64,000 bases of DNA from Leptospira sp. (lineage in GTDB: Bacteria > Spirochaetota > Leptospiria > Leptospirales > Leptospiraceae). Shown here piece by piece: positions 1-10,585 of the stretch. The notes beneath the pieces are model-generated. The model was not told the DNA's origin, searched no databases, and saw nothing but the letters and a program-made list of their open reading frames with translations. The position numbers and the translations under genes were made by a program. Every line of letters begins with the position of its first letter. The stretch's first letter is position 1. The stretch spans positions 218,475 to 282,474 of the forward strand of contig JAWXAQ010000030.1 of assembly GCA_034439575.1 (NCBI GenBank), written 5' to 3'.

Positions 1-273
1 GATGATAGGTGCAATTGGTGTTCCATAATAATTTCCATGTACAAGAGCCCATTCATAAAAACCACCTTCATCGATTCTCTTTTTAAACTCATCTGGACTT
101 AAGAAATAATAGTTTTTTCCTGGAACATCCCCTGGTCTTACATCACGAGTCGTACAAGAAATAGAAAAATAAAAATCAGGATGCGTTTTTAATATTTTTT
201 CAATGATAGTAGATTTCCCGCCACCCGCAACAGAGGAAATGATATATAAATTCGGGACTGGATTACCTTTCAC
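1..273 (-). CDS. gmk: Guanylate kinase (N-terminal part; runs off the window edge)
   Basis: Not in the ORF track. Manual translation from GTG at 273 gives [24 protein letters not shown]...FSISCTTR...GKNYYF...[15 protein letters not shown], with the P-loop and GMP-kinase motifs. Confidence 0.93.
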   Translation of the reverse strand, partial: MKGNPVPNLYIISSVAGGGKSTIIEKILKTHPDFYFSISCTTRDVRPGDVPGKNYYFLSPDEFKKRIDEGGFYEWALVHGNYYGTPIAPII

Positions 274-555
274 TTAATCTTCTTCCTCTTCTTCTTTTCC
301 AATATTGTTATCCGCATTTTCTAATCTCTTTGTCAAACTATCCGGTCGTATCGCAGACAGTACAATGTGTCCGGATTCTAAAACAATGATAGACCTAGTT
401 TTTCTTCCTTGAGTAGCGTCTATGAGTCGAGAAACATCTTTTGCCTCGGAACGCAATCGCTTCGCACCTGCTGATTCCGCTTGCAGGATCACAAGAATTT
501 TATCTTTGAAAACAATATTTGAAAACCCGACATTTAAGACGGGAAAGGAAGACAT
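274..555 (-). CDS. remA: RemA/DUF370 family protein
   Basis: LNVGFSN...SAGAKRL...[26 protein letters not shown] is the typical RemA signature; it sits directly upstream of gmk. Confidence 0.88.
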   Translation of the reverse strand: MSSFPVLNVGFSNIVFKDKILVILQAESAGAKRLRSEAKDVSRLIDATQGRKTRSIIVLESGHIVLSAIRPDSLTKRLENADNNIGKEEEEED

Positions 556-567
556 GATTCCAGATTA

Positions 568-1530
568 CTATATTCTTCGTGTTCGATCAAGCCGAATCGT
601 TTCGATCAAATGAATTTCATGAATTCCGATATTCATAAAATCTGAAATTTGATCATGAGAGTAGCCTTTTTTTAATAAAAATACTACCTTATCTATTTTA
701 CTCGCACTTGAGGGCAATTCCAACATAACCGATTGCATGGATAGATCAATTTGGTCTTCAAAATTATTCTGATACATTGCAAATGCGGGGTCACTTGCCG
801 CAGATAAGGATGTTAAAAATTCTTTCTGAAGTATACCTTCTTTATTTTGATCTCTGATTATGACTGATTTACTCTTCTCTTCCGAAAATGGATTTCCACC
901 AACCGTATAATCCGTCTTAGGTCTGTACTGCGGAAGAACTACATTACTCTTTGCTTCGTCTGTTGGTGTTTGGTTCTCTTCCATTCCCATCATACCTTTC
1001 ACTGCACGTCCGATTTTTGAAAATACTTGATTCACAGCTCCGTCGGTTGTTTGGATATCACTCTCAGAAATGATATGTTGATTTGCTTGGTAAGCTTGCG
1101 CAATACCCGATCTTTGTTCTTTAAGTAAAGAGCTCGGAACTTCCAAAACTTCTGTTTTTTGTTCTAATTTGGATTCTATATTTGAAAGTTCGGATTCCAT
1201 AGATAAACCCATTTCATAATAGGGTGGAACTTCATCTATTCTTTGTTTTGTGTTAGGTTGTTCAAATTGATCATTCTTTTGATAATGTTTGAATTCTTTA
1301 GCCAATAATTCTGCTTTTTCAATCATTGTCCTTAATGCAGAAAGTCTGGATTCGATAATAGAGACAGTTCTATCTAGTTCATTCATCGTTTCCGATGTTG
1401 CCATCTCTATAGCACGATTTAATTTTTTATCATAATATTCTGATACAGCTTTTTGGACTTTAGCAGAGATGAATACATAAGTAACACCTAAACAAAGTAA
1501 ATTGATTAATACGAGAGAAAAAAGCTCCAT
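568..1530 (-). CDS. Membrane-anchored protein with coiled coil and C-terminal HTH-like motif (SwrB/DUF6115-like)
   Basis: N-terminal TM helix, heptad-rich segment, C-terminal KVVFLLKKGYSHDQISDFMNIGIHEIHLI; located at the end of the flagellar operon. Confidence 0.55.
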   Translation of the reverse strand: MELFSLVLINLLCLGVTYVFISAKVQKAVSEYYDKKLNRAIEMATSETMNELDRTVSIIESRLSALRTMIEKAELLAKEFKHYQKNDQFEQPNTKQRIDEVPPYYEMGLSMESELSNIESKLEQKTEVLEVPSSLLKEQRSGIAQAYQANQHIISESDIQTTDGAVNQVFSKIGRAVKGMMGMEENQTPTDEAKSNVVLPQYRPKTDYTVGGNPFSEEKSKSVIIRDQNKEGILQKEFLTSLSAASDPAFAMYQNNFEDQIDLSMQSVMLELPSSASKIDKVVFLLKKGYSHDQISDFMNIGIHEIHLIETIRLDRTRRI

Positions 1531-1584
1531 AAAGAAGTCTCCGCAGGGAACATTTCCAACAACATTCCTGTAGGGCTTTATGAA

Positions 1585-1872
1585 TTAGACTGATGAATCG
1601 AAAAAGGAACCCTTCGCCTGATTTACGTTAGCGGATTCTAATCCTTTTCTAGTGTAGGAAATTAACTCTTCTTTCTCACCTTTAGCTTTCAAAACATTTG
1701 AGCTGGTGGAAGTTTTTGTTTCTGGAACCACCTGCGATTTATATTGGCTCGTAATTGCCGCTTTTTGCAATTCTACGACTTGGTTTTGGTGCGTGAAAGG
1801 AGTCTCACTTTGGGCACGCCTGGCGATCTCAAAATGATGTGTGTTACTGGCAAAAGTTTCGTTTAAAATCAT
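1585..1872 (-). CDS. Hypothetical protein
   Basis: 95-aa ORF starting 8 nt after the fapA stop, co-oriented; C-terminus KGSFFDSSV. Confidence 0.6.
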   Translation of the reverse strand: MILNETFASNTHHFEIARRAQSETPFTHQNQVVELQKAAITSQYKSQVVPETKTSTSSNVLKAKGEKEELISYTRKGLESANVNQAKGSFFDSSV

Positions 1873-1880
1873 GGCAGTAC

Positions 1881-3875
1881 CTACTCTTTCTTAGGTCTAC
1901 CACGACCTCGTTTTTTTCTCCAGTCATTTTTATCTTCGTCCGGATCTTCGTAATTTGTACTGCGGACCTGGTTGTCTTCTTCGAAAAAAGTTTTTGCCTT
2001 AGTTTCGTGTCTAAGTTTAAAATCAGCATTGCGGATGCGGATGGAAACGCCCGGAAAGATGGTTTTTTCGACAGAAACGCGCCCACTAGCCGCTTGTTCG
2101 TCCATATAGGCAGTGAGTGTCTGAATTTCCTTTTCATACTCAGCGATTCGTTTTTCCAATTTTTTTGTCGCCGCTTCATATTTGAGGAGAGAGTCATTAT
2201 TTTCGGAAGAGAAAGTGGCAGGATCTGAATCTTTTCTAGCTTTCAGAGTCCTCATGGTTTTTGTCAGAGTTTCCAATTTGCCTTGGTTCTCACCCTTCTT
2301 CGCTTCATACTCGCCAATTTGTTTTAGAATCTTGGGATTTACACCCACGATCAGATCTGTTTGTGGATTTGCCTGAGAGCCAATGATCTTTGCGGATATC
2401 AATTGAGCTGCTTGGATGGTTCCACCTACGATTTGTCCGCGTTTGCCCTTGCAACTGATCTTGCCACCTGCCATGAGATGGGAATGTAGAATTCCTTCTT
2501 GGACTACGATATCCTTCTCGGTAATCACTGTGGCATTCTGGATGAACTTGGCAATGATATTGCCCCCAGTGGACTCAACGCGCGCTTCCTCACGTCCAGT
2601 GATCCCTTGGCGGACGATGATGTCCCCATCTGCTTCGACGATGGCTTTTTGGACCGTTCCATATATTTCAATGTTACCTGCGGCTTTCACCGAATAATTA
2701 TCTTCTACGTTTCCTGTAATGACAATGGACCCAAGGAAAGTTACATTTCCAGTGCGTACACCTACATCTCCATTGATACGGTAAACGGTCTCGACCGAGA
2801 GTCGTCCCGCGACATACAATACTTGTCCATTTACTTCTGCCGTGAGACGTGATTTGTCTTCTGAAAGGATAGTACCTTTTCCTTGTTTCAGTTCAATGTC
2901 ATTGCCATCTTTGGCAGGCAAAACCATTCCAAATAAGTTGCGACCTAACTTGGCTTTTTCGGCAGGAATTTTTTCTGCTAATGTTTGACCGACAACAACG
3001 TTTTCAATCATATCCAAATCTTTGTAATCGACGCGACCTGATTGGTCTTCTTTGAAATTTATTTTCTTTTCCGTTCGAACAAAGTATTTGATTTCCGCAT
3101 TCTTTCCGTTAACTGGATAATCACCTTCGGCGGCAACAAATGGAGAATTTGTTTTGTCTTCATCTAAAGCTTTTTTGATATCATCTTCTTTTAAACCGTA
3201 AGAAATACCCATATTTTTTAATGCGACGGTGATATCGTTTACTTCTAAATCACGTCCGCCTGGTCTCGCTGGAAATACTGTGACCATGGCTTGCATTTTA
3301 TCAGAATCAATTTCGACATGGCAACTTGAGTCATTGCCTTGTTTTGGTTTTTGATTTGAAATGAGAACTGGTTCGCCTTTTTGTTCTTTGACGATCTTAT
3401 TTATAAGGGCCGGATCAGCTCCAGCCACTCCTCTAAAGGCAAGGCGTTTTGAAACATCTGGTAATGTGATGGCCAATCCTTCGCCTTGCGGAGGATAAAC
3501 AGTAACAAATACTCCGCTTCTATAAATTTTTACAGATACCCTTCCGTCTTTGTTTTTCGGAGTGACTAAATCTTTTAAATCTTTGGATACTAATTTCCCA
3601 CTACCGCCCGTTAGTTTTTCATCTAGGGCAGACAACTCTTCTAAGATTAAGTCTTCAGGGATTAGTGAAACGCGAATGTGGTAAGGTTCTGAGAAAAAAA
3701 GTCTCTTTTTCCCGCGCTTTAAAACAACGTAATCTAATTCGTGAATTTTTTTTCCAAAGTGGTTTGCCGCAAGGGACAAACACTCTTCGATCGAATCAGC
3801 TATTACTTCTACTTCTTCGTTTTCTTTTTTTTCGAACTCACTGAGTTCTTCTTTGAGATATCCCGTTAAGGACAC
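1881..3875 (-). CDS. fapA: FapA (DUF342) family flagellar-associated protein with N-terminal Jag_N-like domain
   Basis: [34 protein letters not shown] beta-helix repeats and C-terminal IFPGVSIRI; directly downstream of fliA. Confidence 0.85.
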   Translation of the reverse strand: MSLTGYLKEELSEFEKKENEEVEVIADSIEECLSLAANHFGKKIHELDYVVLKRGKKRLFFSEPYHIRVSLIPEDLILEELSALDEKLTGGSGKLVSKDLKDLVTPKNKDGRVSVKIYRSGVFVTVYPPQGEGLAITLPDVSKRLAFRGVAGADPALINKIVKEQKGEPVLISNQKPKQGNDSSCHVEIDSDKMQAMVTVFPARPGGRDLEVNDITVALKNMGISYGLKEDDIKKALDEDKTNSPFVAAEGDYPVNGKNAEIKYFVRTEKKINFKEDQSGRVDYKDLDMIENVVVGQTLAEKIPAEKAKLGRNLFGMVLPAKDGNDIELKQGKGTILSEDKSRLTAEVNGQVLYVAGRLSVETVYRINGDVGVRTGNVTFLGSIVITGNVEDNYSVKAAGNIEIYGTVQKAIVEADGDIIVRQGITGREEARVESTGGNIIAKFIQNATVITEKDIVVQEGILHSHLMAGGKISCKGKRGQIVGGTIQAAQLISAKIIGSQANPQTDLIVGVNPKILKQIGEYEAKKGENQGKLETLTKTMRTLKARKDSDPATFSSENNDSLLKYEAATKKLEKRIAEYEKEIQTLTAYMDEQAASGRVSVEKTIFPGVSIRIRNADFKLRHETKAKTFFEEDNQVRSTNYEDPDEDKNDWRKKRGRGRPKKE

Positions 3876-3881
3876 GGTAAA

Positions 3882-4682
3882 TTACCTTTTTTGAATGGCG
3901 GATTTAACTTTTGATAGTTTGCTTCGCAAACGAGCTACCGCTTTAGTATGGAGTTGTGAAATGCGGGACTCAGTTACTTCCAACACTTCGCCTATCTCTT
4001 TTAAGGTGAGATCCTCGTAATAATAAAGAACAATAACTTTTTTTTCTTTTTCGGGAAGCCCTTTGATCGCGTCAACAATCACGTTTTTGATTTCTTCTTT
4101 TTCTATGATGTTGTCAGGGTTCATATTCATCGGAGATTCTAAAGTTTCCATAAAAGAAACTTCATCGTTTTCATCCCCGAGAAACCAAATGTCATTTAAA
4201 GAAACAAGTGATGTGCCAGATAACTTCGCAAGAAGGGAATTGTATTCTTCCATGGAAACGCCGAGTTCTTTGGCGATCTCTTCGTCTTCGACTTTTTTGC
4301 CTTCTTTATTTTCCAACATCGCAATGATGCCTTCCAACTGTTTTGCTTTTTGACGAATGGATCTCGGAATCCAGTCGACTGATCTAAGTTCGTCGAACAC
4401 TGATCCTCGGATCCGAGTCATGGCATATGTTTTAAATTTTATTTCGCGAGAAGGGTCAAATTTTTCGATAGCGTCTAACAATCCAAAGACACCATAACTG
4501 ACCAAATCCTCAAACTCTACGTTTTGGGGCATACCGATGGCAATTCTTCCAGCAACGTGTTTTACAAGCGGAGAATACTTCTCCACGAGGTAACTACGTA
4601 TTTCGGGGTTCTTGTTGACTCGATACTGTTTCCAGAGATCGGTCTCATCGAATTGATTGTATTTGTCTAGCAATCTTGACAT
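3882..4682 (-). CDS. fliA: RNA polymerase sigma-28 factor FliA/WhiG
   Basis: [58 protein letters not shown]. Confidence 0.97.
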   Translation of the reverse strand: MSRLLDKYNQFDETDLWKQYRVNKNPEIRSYLVEKYSPLVKHVAGRIAIGMPQNVEFEDLVSYGVFGLLDAIEKFDPSREIKFKTYAMTRIRGSVFDELRSVDWIPRSIRQKAKQLEGIIAMLENKEGKKVEDEEIAKELGVSMEEYNSLLAKLSGTSLVSLNDIWFLGDENDEVSFMETLESPMNMNPDNIIEKEEIKNVIVDAIKGLPEKEKKVIVLYYYEDLTLKEIGEVLEVTESRISQLHTKAVARLRSKLSKVKSAIQKR

Positions 4683-4790
4683 AATTGACCGGTTGCCCGG
4701 AAACTCTTCACTTTATAGTAGAAATCGTATGAAAAGCAAAATTACAAGAGGATTTTTTTTCTTATGTCATGTAAATGCGATAAAAATTAA

Positions 4791-5267
4791 TTACTCTTGG
4801 GGATCGTCCTTAGCAAGCATGGTTCTGATCGCTTCCGCCATCAATTTTGGCTCATTTTTGATGGCAATTTTGTCCACAATGATATGATCTCCAAATTTCC
4901 CAGACCTTGCCCGGGCCATACTGGCTTCCATGGCTTGCTCGTGAGGAGAAAGACTGGAGGCCATTTCTTCTTGACTGGCCATTCCGACATCGCCCGCAGC
5001 ACCTGAATCCATAGATGTGTCATCAAAGTCGCCTTCTCTATCTCGAGTTCCAAATCCACCGAGGGAAAAACCAGTGATGAATTCTAGAAATTCAGGAACC
5101 TTGGTTTCAAGGACAGTGTAGATTCCAAATCCCAATCCACCAAAAGCAATCGTAGAAATTCCAGAAACAAACAATATATAGGTAAAACGATTTCCTACAA
5201 GAAAACCACTTAAGGTGCTAACAAGGGCACCAATCACTGCAAAGGCGAGTACGAATCCGATTTGCAA
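4791..5267 (-). CDS. Hypothetical membrane protein (two N-terminal TM helices)
   Basis: Two hydrophobic helices, an acidic linker and C-terminal NEPKLMAEAIRTMLAKD; lies between flhG and fliA. Confidence 0.7.
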   Translation of the reverse strand: MQIGFVLAFAVIGALVSTLSGFLVGNRFTYILFVSGISTIAFGGLGFGIYTVLETKVPEFLEFITGFSLGGFGTRDREGDFDDTSMDSGAAGDVGMASQEEMASSLSPHEQAMEASMARARSGKFGDHIIVDKIAIKNEPKLMAEAIRTMLAKDDPQE

Positions 5268-5272
5268 GGGTT

Positions 5273-6196
5273 TTAAACCTCATCGTCCATTTCTTTTTCC
5301 ATTTCCTTTTCTTTGAAATCTACAAAGCTAAAGAATTTTTTGAAAAAACCAGTGAGACCTTCTTCATCATCAAAACTTCCTTCCGTCTGCAATAGATTAT
5401 GAGTAACGCGCGTTAAGCAAGCGGCAGCTTTTGATCTTGGTGAATTTAAAAAGAAAGGTTTTTGTTCGCGGATGGACTTTTCTACTTCCTCATCCTGAAA
5501 GATAAATCCCAAGTTTTCCACTTGGACTTCTAAAAATTGACCAGATATATCAATCACTCGGTCTGCCACTTTTTTTCCTTCAATGGCACTTCTTACGCGA
5601 TTCACGATGATCTTGAGATTTTTATCTTTCGATTGAGAAACGATAGATTTGATCAGTCCGTAAGAATCTGTAATCGAAGTGGGCTCAGGCGTTGTCACCA
5701 CGATGACTTCATCCGCTGGCATCACAAGCCCAATCACATTGGCAGAAATCCCAGCACCAGTATCTATGATCATTACATCATAACGATCCAAGTCCGTGAA
5801 TCCTTTGATTAAATTATTTCTCTGAGTTTCATTCAAATTTGCAAGTTGGGAATATCCAGATGCACCTGCGATGATGTCCACTCCTTCGGGAGTTGATATC
5901 ACGATATCTTTGAGTGATTTATGGCCTTTGACTACATGGTATAAATTGTACTTGGGGATGATTCCTAGTAGAACGTTAACATTTGCTAGCCCCAAGTCTC
6001 CATCAAAGATCAGAACCTTGAGTCCAGTCCTTGCAATGGCTATGGCTAAGTTGACAGAGACCGTACTTTTTCCGACCCCACCCTTACCTGAAGCTATGGC
6101 GATGATTTTAGTTTTTTTCACTGTCCCAGGAGCTTGAACTAATTTCAAGCCTGGGTTTGGGTCTGTAAGTTTTCTTAAATTTGCCGCTTGGTCCAT
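5273..6196 (-). CDS. flhG: MinD/ParA-family flagellar number regulator FlhG/FleN
   Basis: N-terminal DQAANLR motif, deviant Walker [35 protein letters not shown]. Confidence 0.95.
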   Translation of the reverse strand: MDQAANLRKLTDPNPGLKLVQAPGTVKKTKIIAIASGKGGVGKSTVSVNLAIAIARTGLKVLIFDGDLGLANVNVLLGIIPKYNLYHVVKGHKSLKDIVISTPEGVDIIAGASGYSQLANLNETQRNNLIKGFTDLDRYDVMIIDTGAGISANVIGLVMPADEVIVVTTPEPTSITDSYGLIKSIVSQSKDKNLKIIVNRVRSAIEGKKVADRVIDISGQFLEVQVENLGFIFQDEEVEKSIREQKPFFLNSPRSKAAACLTRVTHNLLQTEGSFDDEEGLTGFFKKFFSFVDFKEKEMEKEMDDEV

Positions 6197-6240
6197 CGCT
6201 TTGCACTTCCCCTACTTTCCGCAAGGGATAAACAAAGCGA
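6196..6240 (-). promoter_or_regulatory. Predicted mRNA hairpin sequestering the flhG ribosome-binding site
   Basis: On the minus strand TCGCTTTG/CAAAGCGA forms an outer stem and TCCCTTGC-GGAAA-GTAGGGGA an inner stem. Together they cover the SD-like AGGGGA and the A of the AUG. Confidence 0.5.
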
Positions 6241-6243
6241 CCT

Positions 6244-7563
6244 TTAAGTCTTTTCGAAGACTTCGCCTGCTATCCCTTTTAATTTCTCAGGGTAAATTAC
6301 ACACTCTGCAAGAAGTTTTTTCGAAGCATTAAGAATGTCGAAAGGAACATCTTGGCCTACACTAAAGAATGCGTATTCCCTGTGAATAGTATCGGCTAAT
6401 TCAACCATGGAACCTAAAAAATCTGCTTCATCAAGCTTAGTTAATAAAATTCTTTTATATCCGAGTACTTCGTAGGCCTCTGCAACTGACCTTGCATTCG
6501 ATGGAGAGACAGTGGAAGAAAGTACTAGAATGTTTTCAATATAGTCTTTTTCCCCAAAAGCTTGGTAGAAATCCTTAAGTTTCAAAATATTTTCGGGATT
6601 TTTGTGAGAATACCCTGCTGTATCCACAAGTATCAACTCAGAACCATCACGGTGTAATGCCTCTTTCAATTTCCGAACATCTTTTACTGGATAAAAGGGA
6701 AGTCCCATAGCATCAGCATAAAACTTTAATTGGTCAATCGCCGCAATACGGTAGTTATCCGTCGTATAAAGGGAAACTTTTTTACCCATATGCAATGAGT
6801 ATTTAGCTGCCAATTTAGCAATCGTTGTGGTTTTACCAGCACCCGTTGGCCCAATAAAGAAAATAACTTTTCTTTTGCCTCTAGGTGTTCCGCTAAAAAG
6901 ATCAAAATCAACTTGGATACGATCTTCAAGTAGAGCCACAGCCTTATCACAGACAGTTGAATACTTTGAAAGATCAACCGAAGAAAGATGACCTTCTAAA
7001 TTAACGATAAATTCTTCTATATAAGAATCACTCATCCCTTCTTTTTTAAACTTGTCTGCCAACTTATCTAAATTTGGTGATCGTTTGGGAATTTGCGGAA
7101 TTTCCTTATAAACAGTAGGTTTTTCATAAATTTCAGTAGAGTTCGCCAAGGACAATCCAAGGTTAGAATTTCTACCGACATATTCTTCTTCGTCTATGGC
7201 GATTGGTTCGTAACTTTCTACAAGGGTATTGGTTCTTTTTCGTCTTTCAGAATAAGGCCGAACTGCTTCTATGGAACGTGCATATTTTTTTTCAACAAAC
7301 GCAGATGATTCTTCTGGTTTTTGTTTTTGTTTAATTAGTTCTTTGAGGTCTTTTAATTTCTTCTCGATTCGTTCTTTCGAGTTTTGTGTTTCAGGGACAC
7401 CTACATCAATTTCGTACATCTTGGAGGCCATAAGTCCAGTGCCGAATAACCCACCTTCGGTGATAACTCGGTGATCATAAATATGAGCCTCTGGCCCATG
7501 TTTCATTTTCATCTGCATAATGCAGTCTTGTAAGTCTTTGCCTCGGATTTTCACAAAATCCAT
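6244..7563 (-). CDS. flhF: Flagellar SRP-type GTPase FlhF
   Basis: GPTGAGKTTTIAKLAA, DNYRIAAIDQL, DTAG, TKLDE, GQDVP. Likely start is the ATG at 7563 (MDFVKIRG) with GAGGG upstream, not 7692. Confidence 0.95.
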   Translation of the reverse strand: MDFVKIRGKDLQDCIMQMKMKHGPEAHIYDHRVITEGGLFGTGLMASKMYEIDVGVPETQNSKERIEKKLKDLKELIKQKQKPEESSAFVEKKYARSIEAVRPYSERRKRTNTLVESYEPIAIDEEEYVGRNSNLGLSLANSTEIYEKPTVYKEIPQIPKRSPNLDKLADKFKKEGMSDSYIEEFIVNLEGHLSSVDLSKYSTVCDKAVALLEDRIQVDFDLFSGTPRGKRKVIFFIGPTGAGKTTTIAKLAAKYSLHMGKKVSLYTTDNYRIAAIDQLKFYADAMGLPFYPVKDVRKLKEALHRDGSELILVDTAGYSHKNPENILKLKDFYQAFGEKDYIENILVLSSTVSPSNARSVAEAYEVLGYKRILLTKLDEADFLGSMVELADTIHREYAFFSVGQDVPFDILNASKKLLAECVIYPEKLKGIAGEVFEKT

Positions 7564-7778
7564 GTATTCATTCCCTCTTGTGGGGAAAATTTGCTTCCTA
7601 GGCCAAATTTGGAAAGCATTTTTTATGTGACATAATACTGTTATGTTGGCAGGATTGGTGAATCGTAAAAGGGTTAATTTTATGCCACGCAATAATTTAA
7701 ATCTGAAAACGAATCCCTTTATTTAGGTTTATAATTTATTAAATAGATACGTTAGATGATAAATAAAAGCAAACCAGC

Positions 7779-8663
7779 ATGAATAGGAGAACCATTTTAA
7801 TCACTGGGGGAAATTCGGGTATTGGATTACAATGTGCATTGCAATTGGTAGAGCAAGGTCATAAAGTGATCATCGCCTGCCGCAATACAGATCGCGCCCA
7901 AACAGCAGTTAAAGTCATTCAAGAAATTTCTAAGTCGGAACATATTCACTTTTTAAAAATGGATATGTCTCTCCAATCATCCATTCATACTGCCTGGTCA
8001 GAATACCAAAAAGAATATGGAACCTTGGACGTATTAATTCACAATGCAGCAGATTTTGATATCAGTAGGACAAAGGCAGAGTATACGGAAGAAGGAATCG
8101 AACGCCTATGGGCGACAAATCACATAGGTCCCATTCTTTTAACCAAACTGGCTCTCCCCTTACTAAAACAAAGTCCAGATGCCAGAATCATTACTATAGC
8201 TTCCAAAGGTCTAATGATTCACCCTTTTTTAAAAATTAATTATGAAGATATAAATTTTTTAAGAAAAAAATACAGAGTCGATATAGCTTATTATCAATCC
8301 AAATTAGCGCAAATGATGTTTAGTTACTGGCTCGCCAGACAACTAACAAAAGATAATATTTTAGTCAATTGCATCCGCGTGACAAACGTTAAAATAGATT
8401 TAAATAGATATCCGAAGTTAAGTAAACTACACAAGTTTTTATATTCCATTAAAAAGATTTTTTCCATTCCACCATCCAAGATGGCAATTATATATACTTA
8501 TTTAGCCACATCTAACCATGCCTTGGCGACAACTGGAAAATACTTTGATGAGAATGGAAAAATGGTAAGGTCCTCATCCTATTCCTTAGATGAAAACGAA
8601 CAAAATACATTGGTAAAATTTTCATTCCAATTTTTAATTAACCATACAGAACCATATATTTAA
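7779..8663 (+). CDS. Short-chain dehydrogenase/reductase (retinol dehydrogenase-like)
   Basis: TGGNSGIG Rossmann motif, HNAA, YYQSK catalytic YxxxK, TGKYF. Confidence 0.9.
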   Translation: MNRRTILITGGNSGIGLQCALQLVEQGHKVIIACRNTDRAQTAVKVIQEISKSEHIHFLKMDMSLQSSIHTAWSEYQKEYGTLDVLIHNAADFDISRTKAEYTEEGIERLWATNHIGPILLTKLALPLLKQSPDARIITIASKGLMIHPFLKINYEDINFLRKKYRVDIAYYQSKLAQMMFSYWLARQLTKDNILVNCIRVTNVKIDLNRYPKLSKLHKFLYSIKKIFSIPPSKMAIIYTYLATSNHALATTGKYFDENGKMVRSSSYSLDENEQNTLVKFSFQFLINHTEPYI

Positions 8664-8667
8664 TAGT

Positions 8668-9372
8668 ATGACGCATGATTTTAAATCAAAGGAATTTGAT
8701 GATATATATTTTTCAATCGATGATGGGCTTGCAGAAACAAAATATATATTTATTGATAGCAATCATTTAACAACAAGATGGGATACATTCGCAGAAGAAA
8801 TTTTTCGTATAGGTGAGCTCGGATTTGGAACGGGGCTAAATTATTTTATCACTCTTGATGAATGGTCTAAACAAAAAAATGTTCCGAACCTAACATTTTA
8901 TTCATTAGAAAGATATCCACTTATTGTATCAGAATTAATTGCATTGCCGAAACTCTTTCCTTCCCTCAAAGTTTGGGGAAGTGAATTATTACTTAGTTAT
9001 CAAAATTTTTTAAATCAATATTCAAACCATAAAGATAGTCAAAACCACTTCACATGGGAAACAGCTCATCCCACTCAAAATAAAAAATTCATATTAAATT
9101 TATATATTGGAGATATTTTATCAACGCTCCCTCTTTTTGAAACACCGATACACGCATTTTATTTAGATGGATTTGCACCTAAAAAAAATCCAGATATGTG
9201 GTCAGAAGAAGTATTTAACTGTATAGATAAACTCTCGTTACCTGGCACGACAGTTGCTACTTTCACTGCGGCTGGATTTGTCAAAAGAAATTTAGAAAAG
9301 ATTGGTTTTACTGTAAGTAAACAAAAAGGCTATGGCAGAAAACGAGAGATGTTAGTTGGTTTTCATGCATAA
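8668..9372 (+). CDS. mnmD: tRNA mnm5s2U34 methyltransferase (MnmC N-terminal half, MnmD-type)
   Basis: FDDIYFS, ELGFGTGLN, LDGFAPKKNPDMW, ATFTAAGFVKRNL, GYGRKREM. Confidence 0.92.
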   Translation: MTHDFKSKEFDDIYFSIDDGLAETKYIFIDSNHLTTRWDTFAEEIFRIGELGFGTGLNYFITLDEWSKQKNVPNLTFYSLERYPLIVSELIALPKLFPSLKVWGSELLLSYQNFLNQYSNHKDSQNHFTWETAHPTQNKKFILNLYIGDILSTLPLFETPIHAFYLDGFAPKKNPDMWSEEVFNCIDKLSLPGTTVATFTAAGFVKRNLEKIGFTVSKQKGYGRKREMLVGFHA

Positions 9373-10585
9373 TAAAAAAAACTATGATGCGATAGTCATA
9401 GGTGGTGGTATCGCTGGTCTGTCCATTGCCTATGCTCTATCAAAAAGAAAATTAAAGACTGTCCTACTCGAACGAAGAGAAGATACCGCTCTAGAAGCAA
9501 GTGGCAATCCCTCGGGAATGATCTATCCGCTCCTTACAAAAAATAAAACTCCTGAATCCGAATTCTCCATTGCTAGTTTTGATTTTACTTTAAATACAAT
9601 TTCTGATCTATATGACAGTCAGCATCCAAATTTTACTATTCCCAACCTGAACGGAGCCTTTCTCATCCCTCAAAATGAAACAGAAATCATAAGATACAAA
9701 TCTGCGATTACTGCGAATCACTTTGGTGATTCAGACTTAACTTTTACAAACGACCCATTTTCCCTTCAAAATGGATTTTATTTTCCCAAAGCAAAAGTGA
9801 TTTCTCCGCGTCACCTCATTCAATCTTTGTATGAAGCATCTAAAAAATTTACCACCTTACATAAATTTTCAAATATTAGAAGTTTTTCATATAATTCTGA
9901 ATCCAATATTGAAGTGGATTTAAATCAATTAAATGCCCCATTGTTATTTTTCTGCCATTCAAATTCTATGTCAGAATTTAAGGAAACAAAATGGCTTCCG
10001 ATTCGCAAAGTCAGGGGTCAATTAGTTATCTTACCTAGTTCTAAAGAATTATCTGAACTACCGTATTCGTATTTGTTTGGCGATTATATAACAAAAGATT
10101 TAGGACAGGGTTCGGTACTTGGAGCAAGTTTTGACGAATACAATTGGGAAGAAGAAAAAAGAGATGCAGAGACAATTTCTTTCTTAGAAAAAGCCGAAAA
10201 GAATCTCCCGGTTTTATCATCACATTTTAAGTCTTTTTCAAATTCTATTTCGAATCTACAAACAAGAGTTAGTTTTCGTTCTCAATCTCAAGATCGACGT
10301 CCCATATTTGGTTCCTTGCCAAATTATGAAGTATTTAAAAATTCGTTTGCAAAATTGCCAAATCCATCTAACAAACAATTACCAAACATTCCTTTTTATA
10401 AAGGAATTTATTTACTAGGTGCCCTTGGGTCGAGAGGACTCACCCACTCACTCTTCTGCGCAGAAATTCTAGTACGCGAAGCATTAAAGGAAGATAATAT
10501 TATATCTTCTGAATTGTTTTCTAATTTTAAACCTGAGAGATTTCTTTTTCGTAATTGGAAACGAGGGAATCTAATAGACGTTTAA
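9365..10585 (+). CDS. mnmC: FAD-dependent cmnm5s2U34 oxidoreductase (MnmC C-terminal half)
   Basis: VIGGGIAG, ASGNPSG, VRGQL, DRRPIFG, LGSRGL. Likely start is the ATG at 9365, overlapping the upstream stop by 8 nt. Confidence 0.88.
   Translation: MHNKKNYDAIVIGGGIAGLSIAYALSKRKLKTVLLERREDTALEASGNPSGMIYPLLTKNKTPESEFSIASFDFTLNTISDLYDSQHPNFTIPNLNGAFLIPQNETEIIRYKSAITANHFGDSDLTFTNDPFSLQNGFYFPKAKVISPRHLIQSLYEASKKFTTLHKFSNIRSFSYNSESNIEVDLNQLNAPLLFFCHSNSMSEFKETKWLPIRKVRGQLVILPSSKELSELPYSYLFGDYITKDLGQGSVLGASFDEYNWEEEKRDAETISFLEKAEKNLPVLSSHFKSFSNSISNLQTRVSFRSQSQDRRPIFGSLPNYEVFKNSFAKLPNPSNKQLPNIPFYKGIYLLGALGSRGLTHSLFCAEILVREALKEDNIISSELFSNFKPERFLFRNWKRGNLIDV

Noticed and set aside
7564-7692. N-terminal extension of flhF in the ORF track
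   Set aside because: No FlhF-like sequence; an SD-preceded ATG lies at 7563.
10527-10585. 59-nt convergent overlap of mnmC and lpxK
   Set aside because: Short tail-to-tail overlaps are common in this compact window; nothing else suggests a function.
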